DNA of 64,000 bases. Source: Camelus ferus (lineage: Eukaryota). A model generated the notes under the pieces. The model was not told where the DNA came from and made no database searches. It saw nothing but the letters and a program-made list of their open reading frames with translations. The stretch is from contig NC_045696.1 of NCBI RefSeq assembly GCF_009834535.1, positions 18,354,001 to 18,418,000 of the forward strand, in the 5' to 3' direction. The position numbers were made by a program, and so were the translations under genes. Of the stretch, positions 38,411 to 51,266 are shown one piece after another (position 1 is the stretch's first letter; each line of letters begins with the position of its first letter).

Positions 38411-41400
38411 AGCTGTGAGCTAGAGATGCCACTGAACCCTTCCCACTTATACTGGTGGGTTGTTCACTGGTCCAGTTATGACTAAGCAGTATCTTTGGGG
38501 TTGAGCCCAGATTTAAATTGTCATTTCAGGCTATGAAGATTTGTCCCGAACAAAGACTTTTCCATGTGAAGAGGTGTGATTTGTTTACACCTGGAATTCT
38601 TGAAGGTCCCGTGCCAAATTAAGAGAAGTAATCCTAAAATAAACAGGAACAACTAATCAATTTCAAGACTTGATTAATGTTAGATGGATATTTGAAATAA
38701 AAATTTATAGTGGGATCTGGCTAAGAAAAAACTGTTTTATGCAAATACTAGTTTTTGCAAACAAATACAAACACACAAAAATGTAACACACAATTCAAGA
38801 AGGGAATTTCAATGTGTCTAAGCATTTATGTGCACACGTGGGAATGCCATGACGAGGGAATCCAAAGAGCACAGTGCTTTAACTGCTGACGTAGAGATGC
38901 ATTTTACCTGCATTATCTCTTGCTTTGGACTCTCTTATTCTTTTTTCAACAGACTTTAGATTCCTGTTCTTTACCTTTGACGTCTATGGCATTATAATGC
39001 TATGAAATTATCAGTAGCCAGAAATAATAATTTGTGAATGTAAACTGTATTGAATTTGAGCAATGTGTCATACTCTTCCTAAGTAAATATGCTTAAATAT
39101 CTCTACTTGAATATAGCCTCTACTTTTTTTTTCTTAGAAATACTCTTAACCCTATAAAACACCAAGAAAAATTGCCTGTATGATGACTTAAATCTAAATT
39201 CTGAAACTACCATTCAAACCTTGGTTCTTTATCATTTTTACATGACAATACAAGCCTGTAGTACATACTCATCCTGCCTTTAAAAAATGATTTTTATGTT
39301 ATAATACTTTTATTTGTTAAATTCATAAAAATTCAGATCTCTTTTATGTATATCCATTTTAATCATAGACATTGTATAAGGGGTTGAGAGAAGTATAAAG
39401 ATATTTCTCAATATGAAATATCAGGGTGTTACAATGGTCAGTTATGTTTATTTTCACATAAGCACATATTAGCCATTACACCGACCTACTCAACAAGGCA
39501 AACTCCTTCTTTACAAGTTTTAAAATGCATGTTTCAATGATTTTATAACTTTTGTTCTTCCTTGAGGAGTTGATTACTCTGTGTGAATGTCTTTGAGTAT
39601 ATATGTAAAGACAGTGAAAAATCTCTAAATATAGAATGTATTTTACAAAAAAGGTGGCTTAAATACATTTGTATTTAGTGATTGAGTTTATAATAGTAAT
39701 ATTTCATTTTATTTCTTTTAGTCATTAACAAGTCTATGTCAGATGTCTCTTGTAGTACATTGATTTGTTCTAGGCAATTTGAAGTGCATAAAATAGTTAC
39801 CACCATTGTAACTACTCTCAAAGAATTTGTAGAAAACTTATTTTCTAATTTTTCCCCTAAAATATCCCTAGTTCAGATCTCTTCAAACACAAGTTTCTAT
39901 GAAAAAATGTATAATTACGTTAGTATAAAATTATGTAGATGACTTTTAAATGAAATTCATTTATTTGAAACATCTAACATGGGATTCAAATTGTGAATAC
40001 ATTCAAATAAAAATATTTTGTTATATTGGCTATTAAAATTTGTTTGAAACTTCTATTATACCATGAATTAAAAGTAGTTATCACAGTTACTTTTTGTGTA
40101 ATAACTTATATGATCACCTATTTTCAAAGCTGTTTTTGGAAATTACTAATTCTGAATATTAAACTATTTTATATAATATTTTACAACATTAACATGTATT
40201 TATGTAAAATAAATTAATATCATTATAATGAAAATCATTATCCAAGACCATTTAACTCATATTTAGAGCCCTACAGATTTTAAGATTGTATTTATTCTTG
40301 TTACTATGGCAAAGCTATGATATTAAGTAAACCCAAAACATTTTATCCCCATAAACTTGCTGCAGAAGAAAATACTTCAAAAAATCTCATAAGTATTTTG
40401 TCCTGGGAACAGCCAAATATTATACATTTACATAATTTTTCTATATTGCCACCCTAAGCAAATTTCTATTATAATGGCTCACATCTGTGAATTTTGCTAC
40501 AAAGCGTTTTGAAATTCAATTTCAACGTTGTAAATCTGTTGACCTTGAAAGTGTAACAGAAAAATTCTATTTTATCAAGATAAGAATCTTAAGGGTGCTT
40601 CTATTCCACTTAGACTAAAACTCAAGAATCTAGAATTTTACTTCATTATGCTTTTCTTTATCTATGCTTAGGAACTAAATTTCAACATGATTATAAGACC
40701 TGTTTTTCTTTTAACGTCCAAATAGATCTAGAAATAACCTATTTCACAACTTTCTTATCCTGCTTATCACTTTAAATCACCTCCTGTGATATATTTTGTT
40801 TGTTTGTGTATTTGTATTTATTTATGAAAAGCAAAAGAACTTCAGAGCGCTGGAAAGTACATTTATTAGATCTAGAGTGAGAAACATTTAAAGTAACTGA
40901 AAACCATTTTCTCCTAGAATTTTAGATTGAAATAAAAATATACCATGTTTTGCTTGTGCATCTATATACTTAAAGAGACAGAATGCCAAGTGTGTTTATA
41001 TTCAAAACTAAGTCTATAAATATATCAGTTCTATACTATAGGCAGAAGAAAAATAGGAAGAAAAGGAATTAGAAGGAACACAGAAGGGACCACAAAAGTA
41101 GAGAAAAATGAAAAACACACATATGTATTGGAACATATAAACAAGCACCCAACACATAAAAAACCATGCAAGATAAATAATGAGAAACACCGTGGCTTCA
41201 ATGATGCTCTAATAAGAGTTGTCAATTTCTGTTCAAAATTGTACCCTCTTCTTTGTTTAGAAATTTAGATTCTCCAAATGACAATATTTTCACATGGGGA
41301 AAATGAATAAAGACATTAAGTGGGAAGCTGAGCATTAACCTAAGTATTTTTTGTAAACAGGTGCTAAATGAGAGTTGGGTTTTGCTTGAAGTTATTGGCT

Positions 41401-42261
41401 CTGAATCTTAAGCAAAAACAAAGTTAGAGCTACAAGACAGAATCCGATATGAGTCTTCACCGTATCCAAGGAATGTGCCAATGTGCCTTCTTTTCCTATT
41501 GTGCCACTAGTACAGTTATGGAAGACCTTTTGAACATACCCAGCAAAAGTCCTTGAAGCTGAGTCTTTTTCCTGGACTAAGCAAAGATCCCACAGAATTA
41601 TCTGAAATGCTGGATAAAAAACACGGGAATGATGGCATGGATTATCAGAGTGGAGTTCATGGAAACCAGTCTCAGATTGTAATCAATTATATAAATACAT
41701 GAAGACCATAACCTGTACTTGCATTTCCTTTTTTATAGTGGATGTATGTGCAATTCTAAGCATGTGTATAAATGTTCCATATTTCATTTCTGCCTTCCAC
41801 CATTCCTACATAGGGATTCATATGAACACATTTCCATTTAGTTTATCTTAATAAGGACAAAAACAGTTTACAAGTAGGGGAGAGTACTACCACGTGTCCC
41901 GGAATGCACTAAATAGAAGATATCAGATTATAGCTCTATGAGTAAGAACTGAATATGGATTCAGTTAGCACACATTGTTTGGCAGATAAAATTTTGAAAT
42001 AAATGAATGTGAAGGATGGTATGTGAGTGTTGGTCAAGAAAAGAATGGAATATAGTGAACATGATATTTTTCTTCCCCTCATCTCTTCCTTTTCTTTTTT
42101 CTAAGAGAAGCCTAATTTTTCTGTGAGAACAACCTCTGTACAATAGGTAATGTTGGTAAGAATGTCATTCAAGTTTCTTTTCCCCCACTGACATACAATC
42201 CACTTCAGGGTTAATAAATGCAGCACAAGAATTGAAAATGTTTAGTGTTGTCCCTGTAAAA

Positions 42262-42644
42262 TATTAATAAACAGAAACTTAAATTAAAATAAAGTTGGGA
42301 AACCAAAAAGGGAAGCTCCCACACGTTTGGAGGATAACAGAGCCCAACAGGAAAAAGAAAGATTTCTTCTTGCCTGGGAAGAGCTCAGCCAATGGGAGGT
42401 CCCAACTCCACCAATGAAAAGCCACTGTACATTAAACCTTCAATTCCTCCAGTGGACTTTTTGTTTACTCTAGCACTCCCAACTTTCTTTTCTTTTCTTT
42501 AAAATAATTCTTCTCTCCTTGTCATAGAGGGACTTGCATGTGGCTCGTCATCATTGCAGACCGTGAATTGCAATTCTTTGCTGATCTTGAATAAACCTCT
42601 TTTTGCTGGAGAAATATCTGACAGTCTGTTTGCTTAGGTCAATA
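42262..42644 (+). mobile_element. ERV1-type solo LTR
   Basis: ~380 bp with two CCAAT boxes (~42388, ~42410), AATAAA at ~42590 and an end 'aggtcaata' (decayed ...CAACA); partial inverted copy at 26922-27120. Confidence 0.8.
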
Positions 42645-45600
42645 TCTCACTGTGGCACTGTCTTGATAACAAAAGGTTTATTTGCTTTTTTCAGCTGTGA
42701 TCTGCTCTACTAATTCCATTTCTTTCTACCATGCTAAGCTATGACCTCTTAAGCTTCAAATAATTTCCCTTCTTATCTTCCTTGTTCAGAGAAAATGTGT
42801 AGTTTGTACAACCAATGACATAAGAAATATTTGTGGTATTCTTTTCCATCAGTGCTGATTGTGCTCGCCATATATTTTTGCCTTCAGATTCTCCAGATAA
42901 AAGTTTGATTTGTACGTTGTGGCTACATTTACTTTCTTTCAGAAAATTACTTAATAAGTGTCTAAAATAAGCTCTGATACATTTGAAGCTAGTTTTTTTT
43001 TTTTTTAAAACAAACCTTCCTTGAAAATAACATTTCTTAGTAACAAGTTCAGCGTTTCACAACAATTTTCAATTAAGTCAGTACAACATTTGGGATGCCA
43101 TCCTTTGATCACTAATGGGGATGCATGTGGCCGATCCTTTTAAAACCCCATCAAGTGGGCCGTTTCTCTTTTCTCATTTAGATTTCAGAACTATGATTTT
43201 GTTTCTGCAGCCAAGTGCTTACTGCAGGCATGTCACTATAATTGTGTTCCCTTTTGTTAATCATTGGTCTAGAAAAAGTTATGAATACTTCTGGTCAACG
43301 AGATATAAGTGGAACTCTGTAGCTGTGATGTGGTGGAAGATTTTGTTCTCCAATTTAAAAGAGTAAAGCACATCAGGACAAATAACCAGCACCAATCCCT
43401 TTCTTTTCCTGCTTTCACCTATTGTGGAGAGAGTAGTGAGACAATTAGATCTTCACCAACCAAAGAGGATGCAGAGTGAGGGTGGTATCAGGCCAGAAAG
43501 ATGAGGAAGGGTTGCATTTGCCCTGTTGTTTTTGAGCTGTTGAAATTTTCATCTGCCCAGTTCTAGAATACTAAGTAAGATTTCTGTGTTTGGTTGTGCA
43601 TCCTGGCACAGTGCAATCCTAGAGGGTACATTCTTAATAAAGTCTGTATGTGACTATTGTTAACCAGATGGGAATGTGCGCCCAGTACTGTGCAGGTGTA
43701 GCACGAGCCTGTGGTATGTGCTGGCCCACATAAGAGAGACGATAAATACCTTCATTGTGTAAGTCACTCTTATTGGATAATCTCATATTTTCAGCAAAAA
43801 AAAAAAAATGCTGATATTAAAAAAAACCTGAAAAATCAATGTATACTGGTTAGCTGTTCCTCTTGCAATGAACCATTTAAATGTATGATATAAACTAGAA
43901 ACATTTAAGATCTGAATTGCCATGAACAATTAATATCATTCATGATTAACGAGGCAATATTAAAATACAAAGTAAGCTAACAGTAAGTTTTAACTACAAA
44001 ATACATTTCAATACTTATTTAAGACTCTGAATCTACTTTTAGAGCTACTTTGATTGAATATTTTAATTATATTTTAAATTTGTATTAAGTAACATGTCAT
44101 TATTTTGTATATTAGGAAAGAACTAATTGTGTATGTCAGTTAATTCAAAATAATGTAAGTTTGTAATAATGCTATTCTGGTTACAATATTTTTACAAAGG
44201 AAAATATGACATTCCATATGACAAAGATGAAGGATACTATATGAAAATAGAAATTAATCTTAGAAAATTGTAAATGACTACACAAAATATAATGAAATAT
44301 GATGAAAACCTCACTTCCTAGTTTGACTGAACTATATTGCATACAGATATGATTTTTATTACTAATTTGGAAAAAATATGATCTTTTCAGTTTCAAATTG
44401 TACACCAATATATTCTTAAACAATTTAATTTCATAAAGAAATTTCTGCTCAGAGTGTTTCTGAAAGAAGTTAACCTAATGATTGGTGAGGACATGGCCTT
44501 GCCTTCAGCACTGATGAAATGCTTTATATCGAAGTACTTAAGTTCTCCAGCACACAATGGTGTTAATTATACCAGCTTATATTTAAAATAATATGCGAGG
44601 AGAGTAGTTAAAAAAAGCCATGCAGTTAAAAAGAAAATACTTCTGCCCAGTCAGGCCTTAATTAAATATGAACAAGTTTCAAGGCTTAATAATCAAGGGC
44701 ACAATAGATTAACGATATTCAAGGAGATGGATTATTGTTTTATTTGGGTTCCACTTTTACCCCCTAGAGAAATTAAATACTGACATGATTGCCTTCATTA
44801 GGACACTTTTTATTTCTCTCAAAATATTTCATTCCTCCTAATGCTGTTATAAATAGGGTAGAGTGCAAAGGTAATTAATCCATTGTGCAATGAAAGAGAA
44901 ATATAATGAAGAGAAATATAAGAGAAATTGTGCTTAGCTTGACTCCTTTTATTGTGAATTAGTTCGCATGCAAAGCTATTGAAAACTGCAATTAGTTTTA
45001 CATATTAATCTCGTGGAATACAGGTCTGTATACTGAGATTCTTGGATACACAATAAATTTTTATATTACAGAATGTACAACACATAAAAGAATGATGTTG
45101 CTAAGGAAGTTTGCTAGATGTGCTTATATAGGCTACATTTGCATTGTGACTCGACCGCCCAGTGTTCACAGACATAATATAATCATGTACCTGAGAAGTT
45201 TATTTCATTTTGGATTAAGATGACTACTGAATAAAATAAGTACTGGTAGTATAATATCATCACTTGAAAGAAATCAAGTATTTTCTAATAATACATTTGC
45301 TAATAAAAATAAGCAGGTGTTCCGTATCTCAAAATATTTGCATATTGGAGCATGTTTCTCTTTATGAAATGTCATCTTGTTAACAAACTTTCGCTGAACT
45401 TCTCTAAGTGATGCATAGACATGTTCACCAATTCCAGCTCTTTAGCACTCTTAAAATTTTTCAACCCAACGCTCATAATGAAAGTAGCCTATTTTTGTGA
45501 CAGAGTGAAAGCATATTTTCATCTTGCAATAACTTATCAAAGGTTTAACATGATACTGTGACTATTGCTTTTGTGGTTTGAGAGAACGTGATTGTGTTCT

Positions 45601-46044
45601 AAACAAAAAGCAATTTATGTGAACAGGTGAGAATATAGAATAGTAGAGGATGCTTTCTGAGAGACAGAGATATGGAGAAAACTTTAGAGGGATATTCCAT
45701 TAGAAATATTAGAGACATTAAGTTTTTTGATGATTTATATTTTTTTTCCTTGAGCTTAGAGAAAAGTCATGGCAGAGTATGCTAAAATTCTTGTCTATGT
45801 CTTTTTTCTCTTTTTTTATGGCAAGATGTTATGGACCTATGATTTGTACTTTTTTAGGGGGGAGTTCCTCACACTCTTTTATCAGCAACTCCCCAAAACT
45901 CTTGCGGACTACTGGGAATCATTGTCAGGGACTGATCAATTCTAGTGATCTCCTGCTTCTCAGGCCTTGGAATCAATTGACTTGTAACAAGAGTCAATCT
46001 TTTTGTTTGGGGGGGGGGCATTGGGGAGTGACTTTTTATTGCTA

Positions 46045-47048
46045 GCAAAAGGGGAAAACATTGGAGGATTTTGAAAAGATCTAACCAAAGATCTCAGATG
46101 AGGAAACCATTGCAATATCACAAGTTGATTGAGGCTGAACAAGTGTGAAAACAGTAGGCATGGTGAGAAGTTATTGAATTGCTTATATATTTTGAAAGTA
46201 GAGCAGACAGGATTTCCTGAAAGACCCATTGTAGAGAGTGAGAAAAAGAATCCAAGGTGACTCTGGTAAGTTTGGCTTAAATAAACTGAAAGAATGGAAG
46301 TGTTACTTATCAAGATAGGAAAGAATATGGGAGAAGGATTTCTGAAAAAAAAAATCAGAAGTTCGGTTTGTGATAAGTTAATTTGCAAAGACTTAAGAAA
46401 TATCTACATGTCACATGGGTTGAGTGAGCAGTTGCACAGTTGGATCGTTGTTCACAGAGCAAGTCCAGGACTGAAATGTCAATTTGGGATTCCTCTGCCT
46501 CTATGTTATATTTAAAGCTATAAGAATGAATGAGATTACCTGGAAAGTGCGAGGATATGAAGAGAGAAGAGGAGGATTGAGGACTGAGCCCAGGGGCATA
46601 GCAAAATGTAGACTGTCCAGAAAGTGAGTAGCAATCAGCTAAAGAAGGTAGAGCAGAGTTTCTCAATACCAGCATTGCTGACATCTGAGGTCAGATAATT
46701 CTTTGCTGTGGAGAGAGGGGCTTGTACATCAGCAGAACATTTACCAGCATCATTGGCCTTTACCGGCTAAATGCCAGTAGCATATCCTTTCCCCAGGTGT
46801 GACAACCAAAGCTTTCTCCAGACATTGCCAATGTCCCTGACTGGGAGAATGATGTGGCAGCAGAATTAGCCCCAAACTGAGACTCAATAGGCTAGATGTG
46901 TAGTTAAGAAACAAGGTAAAAGTGGTGGCCTTGAGACTAAGCAATACATTTTTAAGTTCCATGGAGAAGTGAGTGATCAACTGTGTCAAAAAGGTGAAGT
47001 AAGATGAGGACTGAAATGAATTAGCAACATGGTGGTCGTTGGTCTCAC
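46045..47048 (-). mobile_element. L2 LINE fragment, interrupted by MER20
   Basis: Antisense L2 motifs 'ttttgaaagtagagcagacaggatttcctga', 'atttaaagctataagaatgaatgagattacc', 'gaggactgagccc'. Confidence 0.85.
46654..46889. mobile_element. MER20 hAT-Charlie DNA transposon nested in L2
   Basis: 'cagagtttctcaa...cattgctgacat...cagataattctttgctgtgg...gtgacaaccaaa...ctccagacattgccaatgtccc'. Confidence 0.9.
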
Positions 47049-47049
47049 T

Positions 47050-47722
47050 GTGCAGCCCTCCCTGGACTGACTGCAGCAGGTTCACAGCTGGTCTGCCTTC
47101 TTCCACTCTTGTTCCCCTAGTCAATTCTTAAAAGAATAGCCAGCATGATCCTGTTAATATATAAGTTTGATCATGCTGAAAATTCTCTACTGTTTTTCTC
47201 TCTTAATCAATGGTAACAAAAAGTCTTTGTAAGGCCTGCAGTGCCTGGTGCTATTGGATCCATAACTACTTCTGTGATCTTCTGTCCCACCATGCTCCCC
47301 TTTGCTCACTCTTTTGAAGCTCTCCCTGCAATTAGCTGGGAAAGATCCCATTTTGTACTTTTTCTTGCTATACCTGAGTTTCTTTTTCCCCAAATGACCA
47401 TGTGGCCCACTCCATTTCCTTCCAGTCTTTGATCAGATGTCAACTTCTCAGAAAGTTTTCATTTATGATTGCATCGTATTTAAAGCTGCAAATACTCTCC
47501 CACCTGGCTACCTGATCCATTTGTCCTGTTTTATTTATCATAATAGCACATGACACCTTCTAACATATTACCTATTTTTTCAATATCTGTCTGTATCTTT
47601 ACCCACTGAAAATTAGCTTCAAGTCAGTGCTGCTTTTTGTTTGCTTGTTACACTGCTGTATTCCCAGAAATAGAACATGTTGGGTGAATATTAGGCACTC
47701 CATACATATCTCTTGATAAATA
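47050..47722 (+). mobile_element. L2 (L2a-like) 3' end
   Basis: 'cctggactgactgca...ctggtctgcc', 'cactgctgtattcccag...taggcactccatacatatctcttgataaat'. Confidence 0.8.
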
Positions 47723-47904
47723 GTAAGTTTTAAAGAATATTTTCTCCTTTTTGTTCAATCAATTAAGAAAAAGTATAATTAGATAGAGTAGTAAGAGTAG
47801 GGCAGTTAGCTTGAAAATAAGATGGTTGAAGTTTTATTAGTGGTGCTCTACCCATTTCAAATCACAGTCATTTATATCAAGATATTTGAGGGGTTTATGC
47901 AGGT

Positions 47905-48655
47905 CCTTTTTTTTTCTTTGACATATTTAATATATCAACTTGATTAGTTTGGAAATAAGTACACACCATGTAATTGTCTCGCTGTAATCAATGCAGTAAA
48001 CATATTCATTACCTCTTAAAGTTCTCTCCCACTCTCTTTATTTTTAAAATTTTATTCTTTTATCATAAGAATACAACATAGAATCTACTCTCCTAGTAGA
48101 TTTTTAAGTATGGAATGCAATATTGTTAACTATAGGCACTATGCTATATGGGAAGCATCTCTAGGACTTAATACATTTCCCATAACTGAACATTTGTACT
48201 CTTGGACCCATACCTCCTTGTTTCTCCTACTCCCTAGTCCCTGGTAACCATCCTTCAAGTCTCTGCTTCTATGAGTCTGACTATGTTAGATTCCTCACAT
48301 AAATGGGATTATGTAGTATTTGCTCTTCTATATCTGGCTTATTTCACTTAGCATATTATTCCTCAGGTTCAATCCTGTTGTCACAAGTGGCAGGATTTCC
48401 TTCTTTTTCAAGGTTGAATAGTATTCTATTTTATGTAATTACCAGATTTTCTTTATTCATCCATTGAAGGGCATTTGTGTTGTTTCCACATCTTGGTTAT
48501 TGTGAATTTTCATTCATTGAACATAGATGCACAGGTGTCTTTTTGAGATCCTGATTTCAATTCCTTTGGACATACATCCAGACGTGGAATTGCTGGGTCA
48601 TACAGGTTGTTCAAGCATTTAATTTTTTAAGAAAATTTTATACTGTTTTCCATAA
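47905..48655 (-). mobile_element. L1MA10/L1MB1-like 3' end
   Basis: 'gaatctactctcctagtagatttttaagta...tattgttaactataggcactatgct', 'ctggcttatttcacttagcat'. Confidence 0.88.
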
Positions 48656-48861
48656 GAACACAGCATCCTCATTTTTAGGAAAACTGACTTTCTAAATATA
48701 TATGTAGTCACATAGAAAATAAATTTCTACCAGTTAACAAATTTGTGTCCCCTTATATTTATTTCTTCATAATTTTAACCCAAATTTTATTTGATTTTTA
48801 ATTACAAAGCAATTAAATATGCTCATTGTAGTACATGAATATTTTCACACTTCTGTAACAT

Positions 48862-49545
48862 TTTAAATTTTTAAAAAGTTTATTTTTTAGATGAGTTTAG
48901 GTTTACAATAAAATTGAGAGGACGATTCAGAGATTTCCCATGTACCTCCTCCCCCTACACATGCATAGCCTCCTCCGTTATCACCATCACTCACCAGATT
49001 GGGAAATTTTTTACCAAGGCTAAATCTATATTGACACTTCATAGTCATTTAAAATTCATACTTTATCTTAGTACTCACTCTTGTGCATTCTATGAATTTA
49101 GACAAATGTACAATGGTATATACCCATCATTGTAATATCATATAGAGAATTTTCACTGCTCTAAAAATCCTCTGTTCTCTACCAGGTCTTCTTCATCACT
49201 TCACTTTCCTGTAACCATCAATCTTTTTATTGTCTCCATAGTCTTGCCTTTTCCTGAATGTCATATAATTGGAATCATAGTATTTAGCCTTTTCATATTG
49301 CCTTCTTCCTCTTAGTAATATGCATTTAAGTTTCCTTCAGGTCTTTTTGCTTATTACTTTTCAGCAGTGAGTAATATTCTGTTGTCTGGATGGACCACAG
49401 GTATTTATTCATTGACCTACTGAAGGACAGCTTGGTTGCTTCTAAATTTTAGCAACCATGAATAAAGCTGCGATAAACATCCATGTGCAGGGATCTGTGT
49501 GGAGCTTAGTTTTCAGTAACTTTGGGTAAATACCAAGGAGTGCAG
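48862..49545 (-). mobile_element. L1MC1/L1MC2-like 3' end
   Basis: 'taggtttacaataaaattgag...cagagatttcccatgtacc...ttcactgctctaaaaatcctctg', 'acctactgaaggacagcttggttgct'. Confidence 0.88.
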
Positions 49546-49645
49546 TTAGACTGTCCAGTCTCCAGAACTGTGAGAAATAAATGTTGGTTGTTTAAAGCAT
49601 CTATTTTATAGAATTTTATTGTCATGCCCTTAGCCGAGTAAGACT
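49546..49645 (+). mobile_element. MaLR (MLT1A/MST-like) LTR 3' fragment
   Basis: 'ccagtctccagaactgtgagaaataaatgttggttgtttaaagc'. Confidence 0.75.
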
Positions 49646-49729
49646 GTCATGATACACTGGTCCTTAATCTATGTTTATTGTTACAGTTTTGTTTTCAACT
49701 ACAGTACTTGTATATAATTGGTGTTGAAC

Positions 49730-51266
49730 TTTTTTTCAGTTTTATTGAGATATAATTCACATAAATTACTTTAAGTCTAAGGTGTACAACATAATGATTT
49801 CACTTACATACATCATGAAATGATTCCGTAATAGTTGTAGTGAATATCCATCATCTCATCTAGGTATACGAAAGAAATAGGAAAAAAATACATGTTTATG
49901 TGATGAGAACCCTTAGAATTTACTCTCAACAGCTTTCCTATGTAATATACAGCAGTGTTAAGTATCTTTATCATATTGTACATTATATCCCTAGTACTTA
50001 TTTATATTATAATTGGAAATTTGTACCTTTTGACTATCTTTTTCTAATTATCCCTCCCTCAATCCCCTGCCTCTTATGGCCACAAATCTCATCTCTTTTT
50101 CTATGAGTTTGTTTGTTTTTTTAAAATATAATTAACCTACAACACTATGGTAGTTCCTGGCAGAGAACATATTGATTCAATATTTCTATACATTTCAAAG
50201 TCATCATCATGAGAAGTCCAGTTGTCATCTGTCACCATACAAGATATTATATAATTATTGAGTATATTTCCCACACTGTGCATTTCATACTTGTGATTCA
50301 TTTAGTTTGTAACTGAAAGTCTGTACCTGTTAATCACCCTTACCCATTTTTCTCTCCCCTCTATCCTCCAACCATCTGGCAACCACCTGTTTGTTCTCTG
50401 TATCTATGACTATTTCTGTTTTGTTATATTTGTTCACTTTTTTGCATTTTGGACTTCACTATAAGTGAAGTCATGCAGTATTTGTCTTTCTCTGTCTATT
50501 ACACTTAGCATACTACCTTCTTGGTCCATTCATGTTGTCACAAGTTTTACTTATTTTATGGCTGAGTAATATTGAAATATATATATATATATAAAAAACA
50601 TCTTTATCCATTCATCTGTAGATGGGACACTTAGTTTGCTTCTATGTCTTGGCTATTGCAAATCATATTGAAGTGAATATAGGGGTACATATATCTTTTC
50701 AAGAGAGCATTTTATTTTCTTCAGATAAACACCCAAAAGTGGAATTGTGGGGTTGGATGGTAGTTCTATTTTTAATTTTTTGATGAACTTCCATAGCATC
50801 TTTCATAGTCGATCTATCCAATTACAGTCCCACCAATAGCGCACAAATGTTCTCTTTTCTCCACATCCTCAACAACATGTGTTCTTTCTTGTTTTTGTTT
50901 TTTTTAATAATAAAAAATTCTGAGAGTTGTGAGGTAATATCTCATTGTGGTTTCGATTTGCATTTCCCTGATCATTAGTGATGCTGAGCATCTTTTCATG
51001 TGCCCTTTCACCATCTGTATGTCTCCTTCGGTAAAATGTCTATTCAGGTCTTCTGCCCGTTTTTTGATCAGGTTGTTTGTTTTTACAATGTTGAGTTGTA
51101 TGAGTTCTTTGTATATTTTGGATATTAATTCCTTATCAGATGTATCATTTGCAAATACCTTCTCCCATTCAATTGACTGTCTTTTTGTTTTGTTGAAAAT
51201 TTCCTTCCCTGTGCAAAAGCTTTTTAGCTTGGTGTAGTCCCATTTGTTTATTTTTGCTTTTGTTTG
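49730..51266 (-). mobile_element. L1 (laurasiatherian-type) 3' end with composite 3'UTR plus ORF2 C-terminus
   Basis: Two successive terminal-like modules (49730-50115, 50115-50430), then antisense ORF2 ('ttgcatttccctgatcattagtgatgctgagcatcttttcatgtg'). Confidence 0.92.

Noticed and set aside
45826..45990. Possible MER21-like LTR fragment
   Set aside because: The similarity is too short and weak to call without an alignment.
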